Origin: a virus
Strand: one strand, 5' to 3'
Length of the DNA: 64,000 bases
IMG/VR virus record: IMGVR_UViG_3300009103_001934
Span: 114,488-178,487 of that record
Numbering within the stretch: the stretch's first letter is position 1; each line of letters starts with the position of its first letter. The position numbers and the translations under genes are program-made. Below, piece by piece: positions 25,118 to 35,526 of this stretch. The notes below the pieces were generated by a model. The model was not told the DNA's origin and ran no database searches. It saw nothing but the letters and a program-made list of their open reading frames with translations.

Positions 25118-25814
25118 CAAACATAAGTTTATATTCCTCAGTAATCCTAAGTGCGGATCTACAAGTATAGATTACGCTTTACAAGATTATTCTACCTTCG
25201 GGCACGAACACTGTAGGCCTGACGAAAACTATGTCCCTCCAGAAGACGGAGGATTTGATAATAGAGCAATACGACATATTAACGCTTACCAACTAAAAGT
25301 TTACTTTGATCACATGAAATCTACGGACGACAGTGATTTTGATTGGGAGTGGGATAATTATTATAAATTTACCACAATCCGAAATCCTTGGGAAAAAATG
25401 GTGTCCTATTATTTTCTCTCCAAGCCCGATAAAGATAACAACTTCTTTATGGAAGTGGATAAGTGGAATAAAGACACAGCATTTAGCAACGGATTTAATA
25501 GTTGGCTAAAGTGGGTTATATCCCTCCACGGACTCCCTTCTTACGAATACTTTTGTTTAAATCACGAAACGAAAGAAGAAATGATTGATGAAGTCTTTGA
25601 CGTGGCCGAAATAAATGGAGGACTAATTACTAAACTAAATGAATTAGGATTGGATATTGAAGAAATTCCCAAAAGGCAACCTATGAGCTTAGAGGTAACT
25701 GCTTCGAACATAACGGAAGACTATTTTTCTTTGTATAATACAGAATCAAAAGAAATTATAGAAAAAGTGTATGCCTCAGATATAGATAAGTTCGGCTATA
25801 CTTTTGGGGCTTAA
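25104..25814 (+). CDS. Sulfotransfer_2-family sulfotransferase
   Basis: FIFLSNPKCGSTSI (5'-PSB), FTTIRNPWEKMVSYY (3'-PB), YASDIDKFGY. Confidence 0.85.
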   Translation: MRVSSKHKFIFLSNPKCGSTSIDYALQDYSTFGHEHCRPDENYVPPEDGGFDNRAIRHINAYQLKVYFDHMKSTDDSDFDWEWDNYYKFTTIRNPWEKMVSYYFLSKPDKDNNFFMEVDKWNKDTAFSNGFNSWLKWVISLHGLPSYEYFCLNHETKEEMIDEVFDVAEINGGLITKLNELGLDIEEIPKRQPMSLEVTASNITEDYFSLYNTESKEIIEKVYASDIDKFGYTFGA

Positions 25815-25975
25815 TTTAGCCGTCTTTCTATTAGAACTTTAAGTTCATGCGCTATATTATTAACCCTTATTGAATAAGCTCTGATCTCATCATCTGTATC
25901 TTTACAGTAATGTAGAGATAACTTCATAATCTCCTCAGCCTTTTCTGCAGCTTCCTTTTTAGCCAAGTTATCCAT
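25811..25975 (-). CDS. 54-aa helical protein
   Basis: MDNLAKKEAAEKAEEIMKLSLHYCKDTDDEIRAYSIRVNNIAHELKVLIERRLN. Confidence 0.55.
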   Translation of the reverse strand: MDNLAKKEAAEKAEEIMKLSLHYCKDTDDEIRAYSIRVNNIAHELKVLIERRLN

Positions 25976-26043
25976 ATCTTATTTTAGCCTAAAGTTAGAA
26001 AAAATTAATAAAATATTTCAAATATGTGGTATAATAAGTAGAT

Positions 26044-26403
26044 ATGTTAAAAATATATTGTCAAAAATGCGGGGGCTTAAATGCTTATGTCTCAGAAAAG
26101 CCAAAATTCTGCCAAAAATGTGGTAATACTTTCGGCTCAATAGGCGCACCAAAAAAACTTGAAAAACAGGCGCGAGCTTTTGCTGAAGATGAAGATTTAG
26201 AAATACATCATATCCCCGATATTGATGGATTGTTGGTAGACATAGATGTAGCCGGACCCAGTAGTAGCACAATCGGTAATATTGCCGGAACGAATAAAGA
26301 AGGATTAAAAATAGAGCGGAGAGAGTTATCTCCGGAAGAAGCCAATATGGACCCCGTGGCTGAGTTAAAAAGAGAAGGGTCAACACTAAGACAAAATGAA
26401 TAA
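26044..26403 (+). CDS. Zn-ribbon protein
   Basis: CQKCG...KPKFCQKCG. Confidence 0.75.
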   Translation: MLKIYCQKCGGLNAYVSEKPKFCQKCGNTFGSIGAPKKLEKQARAFAEDEDLEIHHIPDIDGLLVDIDVAGPSSSTIGNIAGTNKEGLKIERRELSPEEANMDPVAELKREGSTLRQNE

Positions 26404-27124
26404 AAAAAAGCCTAGCAAAAAAGCTAAGGCGCAAGCAAAGAAAAAAAAGGAATTAAGGTTTGAGGACTGCTTAGGGATAATTAACGAAGAGATAGCGAAA
26501 AGGAGAGGAAAATGGAATTTATCGGTTATAGCTTGGATGGATTTTGAAGATGTATCACAGATACTAAGAATACACATTTATAGAAAATGGCATCTTTATG
26601 ATCAAACCAAAAATCTAAAGCCATGGATTAGGACAATAATTGGGAATCAAATTAAAAATTTAGTTAGAAATAACTATACTAATTTTGTTAAACCCTGTGC
26701 TAAATGCGCTGCAGCTGTAGAAGAGCATGGTTGCCTAATTTATGAGCAACAGTGCAGCGCTTGCCCATTATACAAAAATTGGGAAAAAAATAAAAAAAGT
26801 GGATACCAAGCAAAAATGCCCTTATCTCTTGAAAACCACTCTCAAGAAGTTTATCATTTACCAACGCATAATGAATTTAATCTTGAGATATCTATTAAAA
26901 ATTTAAATAATAAGATGCAGGAAGTTTTAAAGCCTCACGAATGGAAAATTTATTGCTATTTATATGTTGATAACTTATCGGAGTTAGAGGTAGCAAAGAA
27001 AATGGGCTACAAAACTTCAGAAAAGAATAGGTCCCCGGGGTATAAACAAATTAAAAATGTTAAAAAGAAAATCATATTAAAAGCCAAACAGTGTTTGGAG
27101 AACGACGAAATAGATATATATTAA
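26396..27124 (+). CDS. Phage RNA polymerase sigma-70-like factor (probably late sigma)
   Basis: DFEDVSQILRIHIYRKWHLYD, region-2-like WIRTIIGNQIKN, C-terminal HTH SELEVAKKMGY; Cys-rich insert. Confidence 0.7.
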   Translation: MNKKKPSKKAKAQAKKKKELRFEDCLGIINEEIAKRRGKWNLSVIAWMDFEDVSQILRIHIYRKWHLYDQTKNLKPWIRTIIGNQIKNLVRNNYTNFVKPCAKCAAAVEEHGCLIYEQQCSACPLYKNWEKNKKSGYQAKMPLSLENHSQEVYHLPTHNEFNLEISIKNLNNKMQEVLKPHEWKIYCYLYVDNLSELEVAKKMGYKTSEKNRSPGYKQIKNVKKKIILKAKQCLENDEIDIY

Positions 27125-27132
27125 AGTAAATT

Positions 27133-28221
27133 ATGTCCGGCGCAAATTTAACAGAGGAGCAAAAGGAGGAAGTTTTAAAAGAGTGGGAAAAGAGATCTGA
27201 TAATCCACCCTCACTTTTAGAACTAATTAGAATCGCTTACCCAGATCAACCACATTTAGACGGAAGAAGTAAAGAAGGAAAAGCGGTTAAAGCTTTTCTA
27301 GCGACGAAAGAAATCTCGCCCCTAGCATCTCATCAATACCAGCCTAAAAAGATCGAATTAACAGAGGAACACAAAGAGTTTATTCGTAACAATTTTCAAA
27401 TGATGTCATCAGTAGAAATGGCAAGAGTATTGTTCAAAAATAACGAACTGACAAACCTTAGTGCGGAATCAAGAGCGGTAGACGAATACGTTAAGACTCT
27501 AAACCCTACTATCGCTTTTCGACCAGAATCGGAAATTCCCGATGAGGATTATAAACCCCCAAAAACTACCCACGCCGCCATAACGAAAATAAATACTTAT
27601 GTTTTAGAAGGCATAGATAAAAATAAAATAACTCCCAGCGAAAAAAAAGGCATTAATAGTTTAATCGGCTATCTTCATACTTACAGATTCCTTCATCAAA
27701 TAAATACCTATGAAAATCAAACTGTTCGAGAGTTATTTGAAAGTAGCTTTATTAGATATACGTGGGACAAATATGATCTAACACAAGAAGAAGTAGATCA
27801 ATATATAGTTTTATCTGGTGAAGTAGTTATAGCCTCTAATATTCAAAGGCGAGTAGAAAGACTACAGCAGCATCTAGACGAGTCCGCGGAAGATTCGGAA
27901 GGAAGGCGTATAGCTATGTCTCTCGTAGAGTCCATAAGCACGGCGCAAACGGAATATAATCAGTGCGTCAATCGACAACAAAAATTACTCGAAAGCCTTA
28001 AGGAAAAACGTAGCGATAGACTTAAAAAGCAAGTGTCAGATACGGCGAGCATACTTAACTTAGTCGAGATGTGGAAGGAAGAGGAGTCTCGTAAAAAAAT
28101 GATTCAAATCGCCGAATTGAGAAAAGAAGTAATTAAAGACGAAATCGAAAATCTTACTTCTATGGACGAGATGAAAGCAAAAATAATGGGAATATCACAG
28201 GGGGAAATTTTAGATGGTTAA
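27133..28221 (+). CDS. Conserved protein upstream of terminase (function unknown)
   Basis: 362-aa helical ORF with coiled-coil C-terminus. Confidence 0.7.
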   Translation: MSGANLTEEQKEEVLKEWEKRSDNPPSLLELIRIAYPDQPHLDGRSKEGKAVKAFLATKEISPLASHQYQPKKIELTEEHKEFIRNNFQMMSSVEMARVLFKNNELTNLSAESRAVDEYVKTLNPTIAFRPESEIPDEDYKPPKTTHAAITKINTYVLEGIDKNKITPSEKKGINSLIGYLHTYRFLHQINTYENQTVRELFESSFIRYTWDKYDLTQEEVDQYIVLSGEVVIASNIQRRVERLQQHLDESAEDSEGRRIAMSLVESISTAQTEYNQCVNRQQKLLESLKEKRSDRLKKQVSDTASILNLVEMWKEEESRKKMIQIAELRKEVIKDEIENLTSMDEMKAKIMGISQGEILDG

Positions 28222-29167
28222 ATGTGCGATATGTAAAGAAGAATACGAATCCGATAAGGAACTGCATAGGCATTTGAGAAGTCACAAAATGTTATTGGTA
28301 GATTATTATCATAAATATTTTCCAAGGAAAGACCTTTACACTGGCAACTTACTAAAATTTAAAAACAAAGAATCATACTTTGAAAACGACTTTGATAATA
28401 AAACGCATTTAAAGAAATGGTTAAATGATCAAGAAGAAAACGTAGCAAAAAGTTATTGCGTAAGGCTTTTATCTAAAAGGGTGAGAAGGCTAGGCCTAAA
28501 ATACGTTCCCACTGAAGTAGAACTTAAAAGCTCCATGATACCGCCCACATTATATCTAGAAAGAATTTTGGAAGGGTATTATTCTTTTTGTCGAGAACAG
28601 CTGTCTTTAACTCAAAAATTTAAGGCGCTCCCCAAGGGACTGGGTATGCCTCACGATCTATCCGAAAATAGCTTTAACGTATCTAACTTTACTATTTATG
28701 TAGACACTAGGGAGCAAAGGCCTTTAAAATTTAATTTTCCGATTGAAGTCAAAACTCTAAGTTTCGGAGATTACGCTTGTAGCGATAATAGAATAAGCGC
28801 GAATATTTATATAGAAAGAAAGTCTTTAACGGATTTTATAGGGACTATGAGCGGGGGGCTAGAAAGATTTAAAAAAGAAATAGAGCGATCTAAAGAAGAA
28901 AAATGCAAGTTAATTGTTTTGGTCGAAGAATCGTTAAGTAACGCGCTGTCTTTTAAATATTTACCATACATTTCGAAAAAGATAAGAGCCACGCCAGAGT
29001 TTATCTTTCATAATGTTCGAAGCCTATGTCAAGACTATGATAATATACAATTTCTATTTGTAAAGGGAAGAAAAGAAGCAACAAGGGTAATAGAAAAACT
29101 TTTTACTTACGGCTCAAAGTACGCACAATATGATTTACAATTAGCTTATGATAATAAGGAATTATAA
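28214..29167 (+). CDS. ERCC4/XPF-type nuclease with N-terminal C2H2 Zn finger
   Basis: CAIC...HRH...H; VDTREQ, GDY, IERKS. Confidence 0.85.
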   Translation: MVKCAICKEEYESDKELHRHLRSHKMLLVDYYHKYFPRKDLYTGNLLKFKNKESYFENDFDNKTHLKKWLNDQEENVAKSYCVRLLSKRVRRLGLKYVPTEVELKSSMIPPTLYLERILEGYYSFCREQLSLTQKFKALPKGLGMPHDLSENSFNVSNFTIYVDTREQRPLKFNFPIEVKTLSFGDYACSDNRISANIYIERKSLTDFIGTMSGGLERFKKEIERSKEEKCKLIVLVEESLSNALSFKYLPYISKKIRATPEFIFHNVRSLCQDYDNIQFLFVKGRKEATRVIEKLFTYGSKYAQYDLQLAYDNKEL

Positions 29168-29169
29168 TT

Positions 29170-29787
29170 ATGAATATCAATATAAAACGAGAAGAATATT
29201 TTGATCATCCCCATAATACGACGATAGAAAACGAGCGGGCTATAGAAGTAGTTATGGGACTTAGATACCTTAAAGAATGCGGAAAAAGCTTAACAAAAGA
29301 TAGGATAATCGAAATTGGCTCAGTTATGCCTCATTACTTGAAACAACCAGTATCTCATGAAGTTTTAGACCCAGAAGACCCATACGCTACGATAGTAGAT
29401 TTTGCGGAAAATCATAGCTATAAAGGAGATCATGTCTTAAGTATATCAACAATCGAACACATAGGAAAAGTGGGACCACGAGACCAATTTAAAAACGCAG
29501 AAGAAGAAAATTTGCCCTTGGGCTACAATTTGTTATGCAGAATCTATGAAGAAAGTAAATCATGTTTGATTTCTTGGCCGATAGGCTATAATACATTCCT
29601 TGATAATAGCGTCTTAAACTCTAAAGAAAATGGTGTTGAATTAAATTATTTTTTTTATATAAAAATGTGTTCCGAGCCCGAGCCCGTATGGGAATTGGAG
29701 CAAAGTGATGAAGGATTTAAACATTTTTATGGTACGCCGTTTTCACATGCGAACAGCGTAATTTTTGTCCATAACATGACTTCATAA
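29170..29787 (+). CDS. SAM-methyltransferase-like protein
   Basis: IIEIGSVM, HVLSISTIEHIG. Confidence 0.55.
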   Translation: MNINIKREEYFDHPHNTTIENERAIEVVMGLRYLKECGKSLTKDRIIEIGSVMPHYLKQPVSHEVLDPEDPYATIVDFAENHSYKGDHVLSISTIEHIGKVGPRDQFKNAEEENLPLGYNLLCRIYEESKSCLISWPIGYNTFLDNSVLNSKENGVELNYFFYIKMCSEPEPVWELEQSDEGFKHFYGTPFSHANSVIFVHNMTS

Positions 29788-31614
29788 ATGTGGTACTGTC
29801 CAGAAAAGTATACAAAAGATATTCCGAGCGTTAACGGAGAACTTCTTAAACTAGAAGGAGACCTTAATACTAAGGAAGCCAAGATTTCTTTAGCTAAGTT
29901 CTTGCGAGCAAATCTAGGCTTTACCACAGAATTGATCTCAGGGATCAAACTCGCCCCCTTTCAAGAGATAACCCTAAAGGGTATGATGAATCGAAATTTT
30001 TCGATGTGCGTCTGGGGTCGCGGTTGCGGTAAAACCTTCATAGCTTCCATCTTTTGTTTCTTGCAGTGCATTTTTGAGCCCGGAACTAAAATACTTATAG
30101 CTGGCCCTACATTCCGTACCGCCCGTTTTATTTTTGAAAATTTAGAGAAAATCGTAGACTCAAAAGGCGCACAATTTTTAATGCAGTGTTTCGGCGCAAA
30201 GTCCAAACGGAATGATCAATTTAAGTGGGATATTAATGGGGGAACTATCACCGCTATTCCGTTATCTGGAGAAAAGATCCGCGGTTTTCGTGCAAACGTT
30301 TTGGTCTTGGACGAATATTTATTACTTCCCGAAGATCTCATTAAAACTGTACTTATGCCATTCTTAGTCGCTCCTCAAGACATGAAGGAGAGAATAGAAA
30401 TAAGAGAAATAGAAGATAAGCTAATTAAAGAGGGCAAAATGAAAGAGAGCCAGAGAATGGTATTTGAAAATGATTCTAAAATGATTGCTCTTTCCTCTGC
30501 CTCTTACACGTTTGAAAATTTATATAAACAATATAAAGAATGGACAGACAAAATTTACTCTAAAGAATCTATAGACGCAGATTATTTTATTTCACAAATG
30601 GGTTATGAGTCCTTACCGGAGCATATGATTGATACGACAATTATCGAAGAGGCTCAAAATGGTGGCCAAAGTCATTCTAGTTTTTTACGTGAATATTGCG
30701 CTCAATTTACTGACGGCTCAGATAGCTATTTTAGCGCAAAGAAAATGTATGAATGTACTATCCCTGATGGAGAGTTACCCAGCACAAAAATAGTGGGAGA
30801 CTCAGGAGCTAAGTATATTTTAGCTATTGACCCTAGTTTTTCTAATAGCCCCACTTCTGACTATTTTGCTATGTCTATTTTAGAATTGAATGACGAAACT
30901 CAACAAGGGACTCTTGTTCATAATTATGCTGTTGCTGGCGGAAATCTAAAGGATCATATTCATTATATGTATCATGTTGTCAAAAATTTTGATTTAGAAA
31001 TGATCGTTATCGATAATGCAGGATATCAATTTATTGATAGCTGTAACGAAAACGCCCTTTTTAAAAAGGATAAAATTGAATTAAAATTCTTTGAGTTTAA
31101 AAGCGATGCGGACGGGGCAGATTATCAAAAAGCATTAACGAAAGTAAGAAGGCAATATAACAAAGAAAACCAAACTATAGTGTTTAAACAAGTATTTACT
31201 TCAGATTTTATTAGACAAGCGAACGAGCATTTACAAGCCTGTATAGACCACAAAAAGATTTGGTTTGCTTCTAAAACCGTCGCTAATCCGGAAGCTTTTA
31301 ATCGGTATTCTGGCAAAAAAGTAACCTTAAAACATATCGGAGAAAAAAGCCTTATAGAATTTATAGAGGCTCAAGACGCATTAATATACCAAACGAAGAA
31401 GCAGTGCACCTTAATCGAAGTAAAGTCAACGGCTAGGGGTACACAGACCTTTGACCTCCCCTTGCATTTAAAACGCTCCACAAGCTCGTCTAGAGCCCGC
31501 AAGGATAATTATACGACGCTTATGTTATCTAATTGGGGAGTTAAAAGTTATTATGATATCATGTCCAAACCGCTTGACGATAATACTGGCACTTTTGTTC
31601 CAAGGATGATATAA
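29788..31614 (+). CDS. terL: Terminase large subunit
   Basis: Walker A WGRGCGKT, IRGFRANVLVLDE, LSSA, LAIDPS nuclease, RKDNYTTL. Confidence 0.92.
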   Translation: MWYCPEKYTKDIPSVNGELLKLEGDLNTKEAKISLAKFLRANLGFTTELISGIKLAPFQEITLKGMMNRNFSMCVWGRGCGKTFIASIFCFLQCIFEPGTKILIAGPTFRTARFIFENLEKIVDSKGAQFLMQCFGAKSKRNDQFKWDINGGTITAIPLSGEKIRGFRANVLVLDEYLLLPEDLIKTVLMPFLVAPQDMKERIEIREIEDKLIKEGKMKESQRMVFENDSKMIALSSASYTFENLYKQYKEWTDKIYSKESIDADYFISQMGYESLPEHMIDTTIIEEAQNGGQSHSSFLREYCAQFTDGSDSYFSAKKMYECTIPDGELPSTKIVGDSGAKYILAIDPSFSNSPTSDYFAMSILELNDETQQGTLVHNYAVAGGNLKDHIHYMYHVVKNFDLEMIVIDNAGYQFIDSCNENALFKKDKIELKFFEFKSDADGADYQKALTKVRRQYNKENQTIVFKQVFTSDFIRQANEHLQACIDHKKIWFASKTVANPEAFNRYSGKKVTLKHIGEKSLIEFIEAQDALIYQTKKQCTLIEVKSTARGTQTFDLPLHLKRSTSSSRARKDNYTTLMLSNWGVKSYYDIMSKPLDDNTGTFVPRMI

Positions 31615-31633
31615 TTAGTGTAATAACAAAAAG

Positions 31634-33673
31634 ATGAAAAAAGGTCAAACAAGGTTAAAACAGACTAAACCAGTAAAAGAAGAAATCGTTGCTACTTCTG
31701 CTCAACCGCTCATGACAGAAAGCACAGCTTCTTATTCGGCTCGGCCGACAAGGAGTCGCAGGAATAAAGCAGGAAATATAGAAAGAACGGACAGATTTAG
31801 TAATATTGAAAGCGGAATCGTCCCCTTTAATTATAGTACAACCGGATACGGCAGTAAAACATCTAATATTGACATTAGGGATACAGTTATGCTGTGTCAA
31901 AAAGCTTATTATAATTTTGCCGTATTTAGGAACGCCATCGATTTGATGACTGAATTTTCTATTAGCAAGCTCTTTATGAGAGGCGGAAGTAAAAAGTCTC
32001 AAGTTTTCTTCGAGGCCTTCTTCGATAAAGTCGACGTTTTGTCTTTAATGGATAGATTTTTTAGAGAGTATTACAGAAGCGGTAATGTTTTTGTTTATAG
32101 GTACGACGGGCTTATTAATAAAAAGGACCTAAATAGAATGAGTCAGACCTTCGGAGTGTCAAGAGCAAACACAAAGTATTCTATACCTCTTAGGTATTCG
32201 ATTTTAAATCCTGCGGATATACAGGTGGGAGGAAATATCTCATTTGCTAATAGTCAATATTACAAGCTGGTAAATGGCTATGAATTAGAAAGACTTAGAA
32301 ACCCAAGAACGGACGAGGATGCGAGCGTTTTTGAAAGTCTCCCGGAACAAATTAAAGATCAAATTAAACAAAAAAGCGCTAACGTGACTATTCCGCTAGA
32401 GCAAGAAAAAATTAACGCTGTATTCTATAAAAAACAAGATTACGAACCATTCGCTGTTCCCATGGGATACCCAGTGCTAGATGATATAAATTGGAAAGCG
32501 GAAATGAAGAAGATGGACATGGCTGTAGCAAGAACTATGCAGCAGACTATCCTGTTGGTCACCATGGGTACCGAACCCGATAAGGGGGGCGTTAACCAAC
32601 GGAACTTGGCTGCCATGCAGGACTTATTTACAAACCAATCTGTAGGCAGAGTATTAATCGCGGATTATACTACAAAAGCTCAATTTGTCATCCCAGAGGT
32701 AGGGAGCATTTTGGATGCAAAAAAATATGAGGTAGTAAATAAAGATATAGAACTGGGATTAGGAACAATTATCACTGGCGGAGCAGAAAAATTTGCAAAT
32801 CAAAGCGTGAAAGTAGAAATGTTCATGGCTAAGTTAAAACAGGCGAGAGAGGCCTTTCTGCATCAGTTTTTGATTCCCGAAGTCAAGCGGGTCGCTAAAG
32901 ATTTGGGTTTTAAAAATTACCCTACTCCTTATTTTCATAAGCTATCTTTAAAAAATGATGATATTATGGCTCGTATATATGCAAGACTAATTGAAATGGG
33001 TATTTTAACTCCAGAAGAAGGCATGGAGGCCTTAGACACAGGAAGACTGCCGACAAATACAGAATCTATTGAGTCTCAAGAAGCGTTATTAAAATTAAAA
33101 GAGAAAGGCTTTTATGAACCCATGGTGGGCGGGCCTCAAACTCAAATGGAACTGGCAGACAAGCAGGCCGATGTTCAAATTGAGATGCAAGATAAAAACC
33201 TTAAGACTCAAGAAAAAATAAATCATGAAAAAGTAAAACAAGCCGAAAAATCTAGCAAACAAAACGCGTCTCCTGCTAAGAAGCCGGGGCAACAAGCGGG
33301 AAGGCCTTCGGGGACGAGCTCTCCGCAGACAACAAAGAAAGTTTCTCCGATCGGGGCCAACGAATCTTATTCAGTTCTTAAGGTTAAAGACAATTTCGCT
33401 TTAGCGGACAAGTTATATAGAAAAGTAGTCACCTCTTTAAAACGTAAGCATAAAATTAAAGAATTATCAGAAAGCCAAGAAGGTATAGCTTTTGAAATTA
33501 CGAAAACGATTGTGGCCAACGAAGAATCTTCAAATTGGAATAAAAAAGTAAAAGACTATCTCAAAAGCCCAATTGACACCAACCCGGAAAGAATTGCTAA
33601 GATACAAAAAATATCTTATGATCACCAAGTAGACGATTATCTAGCCAGTATTTTATACATTAGTAAAATATGA
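31634..33673 (+). CDS. Portal protein
   Basis: Directly follows TerL; FRNAIDLMTEF, FFREYYRSGNVF, YKKQDYEPFAVP. Confidence 0.8.
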   Translation: MKKGQTRLKQTKPVKEEIVATSAQPLMTESTASYSARPTRSRRNKAGNIERTDRFSNIESGIVPFNYSTTGYGSKTSNIDIRDTVMLCQKAYYNFAVFRNAIDLMTEFSISKLFMRGGSKKSQVFFEAFFDKVDVLSLMDRFFREYYRSGNVFVYRYDGLINKKDLNRMSQTFGVSRANTKYSIPLRYSILNPADIQVGGNISFANSQYYKLVNGYELERLRNPRTDEDASVFESLPEQIKDQIKQKSANVTIPLEQEKINAVFYKKQDYEPFAVPMGYPVLDDINWKAEMKKMDMAVARTMQQTILLVTMGTEPDKGGVNQRNLAAMQDLFTNQSVGRVLIADYTTKAQFVIPEVGSILDAKKYEVVNKDIELGLGTIITGGAEKFANQSVKVEMFMAKLKQAREAFLHQFLIPEVKRVAKDLGFKNYPTPYFHKLSLKNDDIMARIYARLIEMGILTPEEGMEALDTGRLPTNTESIESQEALLKLKEKGFYEPMVGGPQTQMELADKQADVQIEMQDKNLKTQEKINHEKVKQAEKSSKQNASPAKKPGQQAGRPSGTSSPQTTKKVSPIGANESYSVLKVKDNFALADKLYRKVVTSLKRKHKIKELSESQEGIAFEITKTIVANEESSNWNKKVKDYLKSPIDTNPERIAKIQKISYDHQVDDYLASILYISKI

Positions 33674-33677
33674 TATT

Positions 33678-35504
33678 ATGTCCAGAAATAGAATTATACA
33701 TAATGTCCAAGAGGTCCTTGTTGGTTCTCCAGACGGTGAAGATGATGCAATCGTAACGGGAATAATTGGGCATCAAATTTTAAAAAGATTAAACCTCGTT
33801 CAGTCTTTTAATTATACCGTCGGCACTAAAACAAATACGGCTGATGTCTTAGGAAAATCTGCTCCCATAGCGGAAAAAGTAGATCGGCCTCCGGACATAA
33901 CATTAGATTTAAGCTATTATTTAGACGGAGTGAACAACGAAAAAAGGTTAGGGCTCACATGCGCAAATGGAGCAACTACAACAGACCTTTGGAATAAAAA
34001 TATAATTCACGAAATAACTGATAATTCAAGAGATAAAGACAAAAGGAATATATATCTTATAGTTAATAAAAATGCTCAAGATATAAATAATCCGACGAAA
34101 GACTACCCTAGAGTAGACTACATGAATGACTCTACGCTCGAAACCCAGAAGGGCGATTTAATTAATCCAGAAAGTACGGGATATGGAGTGGTAATTTTTC
34201 AAAATTGTTATTTAGACTCTTACTCATTAAATGTTGAACCGGGATCTATGCCTCTTGTAAATATTAGTTATGTCGCAGATAACATAGTAGCTTACGCTTC
34301 TGGGAGTGGAATTAATATTCCTTATTTGGATTCGAAAAAGGGAGAGGTAACGGATACTGTTGCTAGTGTTTATACTTCAGATTTTTACAGCGACACCGTA
34401 AGACTTCAATCCGCAGGAAGCGCAATTGAAGGTTGGACGCCCAGTGATGGAGAGATATCTTGGGGCATAACAAGTTACAACGGAGAAACTTATCCTCTAA
34501 AAGTTATATTTAGTACAACTAACGGCGGCCAAGATAATAGTAGTGGCCATTATACTTATAAAGACTTTCTAACTGTAGGAAAAAAATATAGGATAACAGG
34601 AAAAGTATACATCAATTCTAGCAATAGCAAAGTGAATGTCGTCGGAATTGACAATTATATTCCCGGAAACCAAGCAACAATAAAAGACATTACCACCAAA
34701 GGAGAATGGGTTAGTTTCGATGAAGAATTTACGGCTGTTGGATCTGTCCTATATTTCTGGGCAAAAGAAGGTACGGGAGACTATACTTTTCAAATCACTT
34801 CTGGAAGTGACGAATTTGCAATTAAAGATATTGTAGTAACAGAAATCAAAGAATTCATTATACCAAGACATTTTAAAAATATTTCAAATACGGACACGCT
34901 TGACTTTAAGAGTCTTGAGATAGACAGTGGCACCGAAAGGGAAGCTTTAAAGTCTAATAATATTGAATTTACTTTATCTCCGGAAAGCGAGAACGGTATA
35001 GCTTTTTATAAAGATACGGTTCAGTCTTGTAGTATCGATTTTTCATTAGAGAGAGAAAATATAAATCTCTTTGCACATAATTTATATTCCGATCGACTCC
35101 CTGAATTTCCCGTAGAAGTATCCATGTCGGTAGATCTTTTATCGAAAGAAACCTTAACGGGTTCTTTTTTAACTAACGTAGACGAAAACACTTATTATAA
35201 TGCGACTATAGATTTTAAAAATGAAAGTGGAGAAATCGCAGCGAGGTACAGCTTATCTAAGGCTAAATTAAAATCCACCTCGCAAGACTCTTCAGTACGG
35301 GAGAATAAAACTGCGTCACTTAATCTCAAAAGCTATATGAATTTCGAAGATAACGATAGGGGACTGTTCGTCAGCGGGAAGGTCCTAGGCTTAGTCGTAA
35401 ACATATTAAATGAAGATCAAAGTACACCACCAGAGGGGCCGGAGTACGTTTTAAATGACGATGGGGAGATATTAAAAGCGACCGTAGGGAATCCTCAATT
35501 TTAA
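33678..35504 (+). CDS. Tail-tube-like structural protein with inserted beta-sandwich domain
   Basis: MSRNRII..., VQSFNY, PDITLDLSYY, VQSCSIDFSLERE; central VGKKYRITGKV...IKDIVVTE segment. Confidence 0.5.
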   Translation: MSRNRIIHNVQEVLVGSPDGEDDAIVTGIIGHQILKRLNLVQSFNYTVGTKTNTADVLGKSAPIAEKVDRPPDITLDLSYYLDGVNNEKRLGLTCANGATTTDLWNKNIIHEITDNSRDKDKRNIYLIVNKNAQDINNPTKDYPRVDYMNDSTLETQKGDLINPESTGYGVVIFQNCYLDSYSLNVEPGSMPLVNISYVADNIVAYASGSGINIPYLDSKKGEVTDTVASVYTSDFYSDTVRLQSAGSAIEGWTPSDGEISWGITSYNGETYPLKVIFSTTNGGQDNSSGHYTYKDFLTVGKKYRITGKVYINSSNSKVNVVGIDNYIPGNQATIKDITTKGEWVSFDEEFTAVGSVLYFWAKEGTGDYTFQITSGSDEFAIKDIVVTEIKEFIIPRHFKNISNTDTLDFKSLEIDSGTEREALKSNNIEFTLSPESENGIAFYKDTVQSCSIDFSLERENINLFAHNLYSDRLPEFPVEVSMSVDLLSKETLTGSFLTNVDENTYYNATIDFKNESGEIAARYSLSKAKLKSTSQDSSVRENKTASLNLKSYMNFEDNDRGLFVSGKVLGLVVNILNEDQSTPPEGPEYVLNDDGEILKATVGNPQF

Positions 35505-35526
35505 AAGTGTAATATAAGGAAGAAAA

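Noticed and set aside
29788-31614. Intein or intron in terminase
   Set aside because: Normal length, continuous motifs, no splicing signatures
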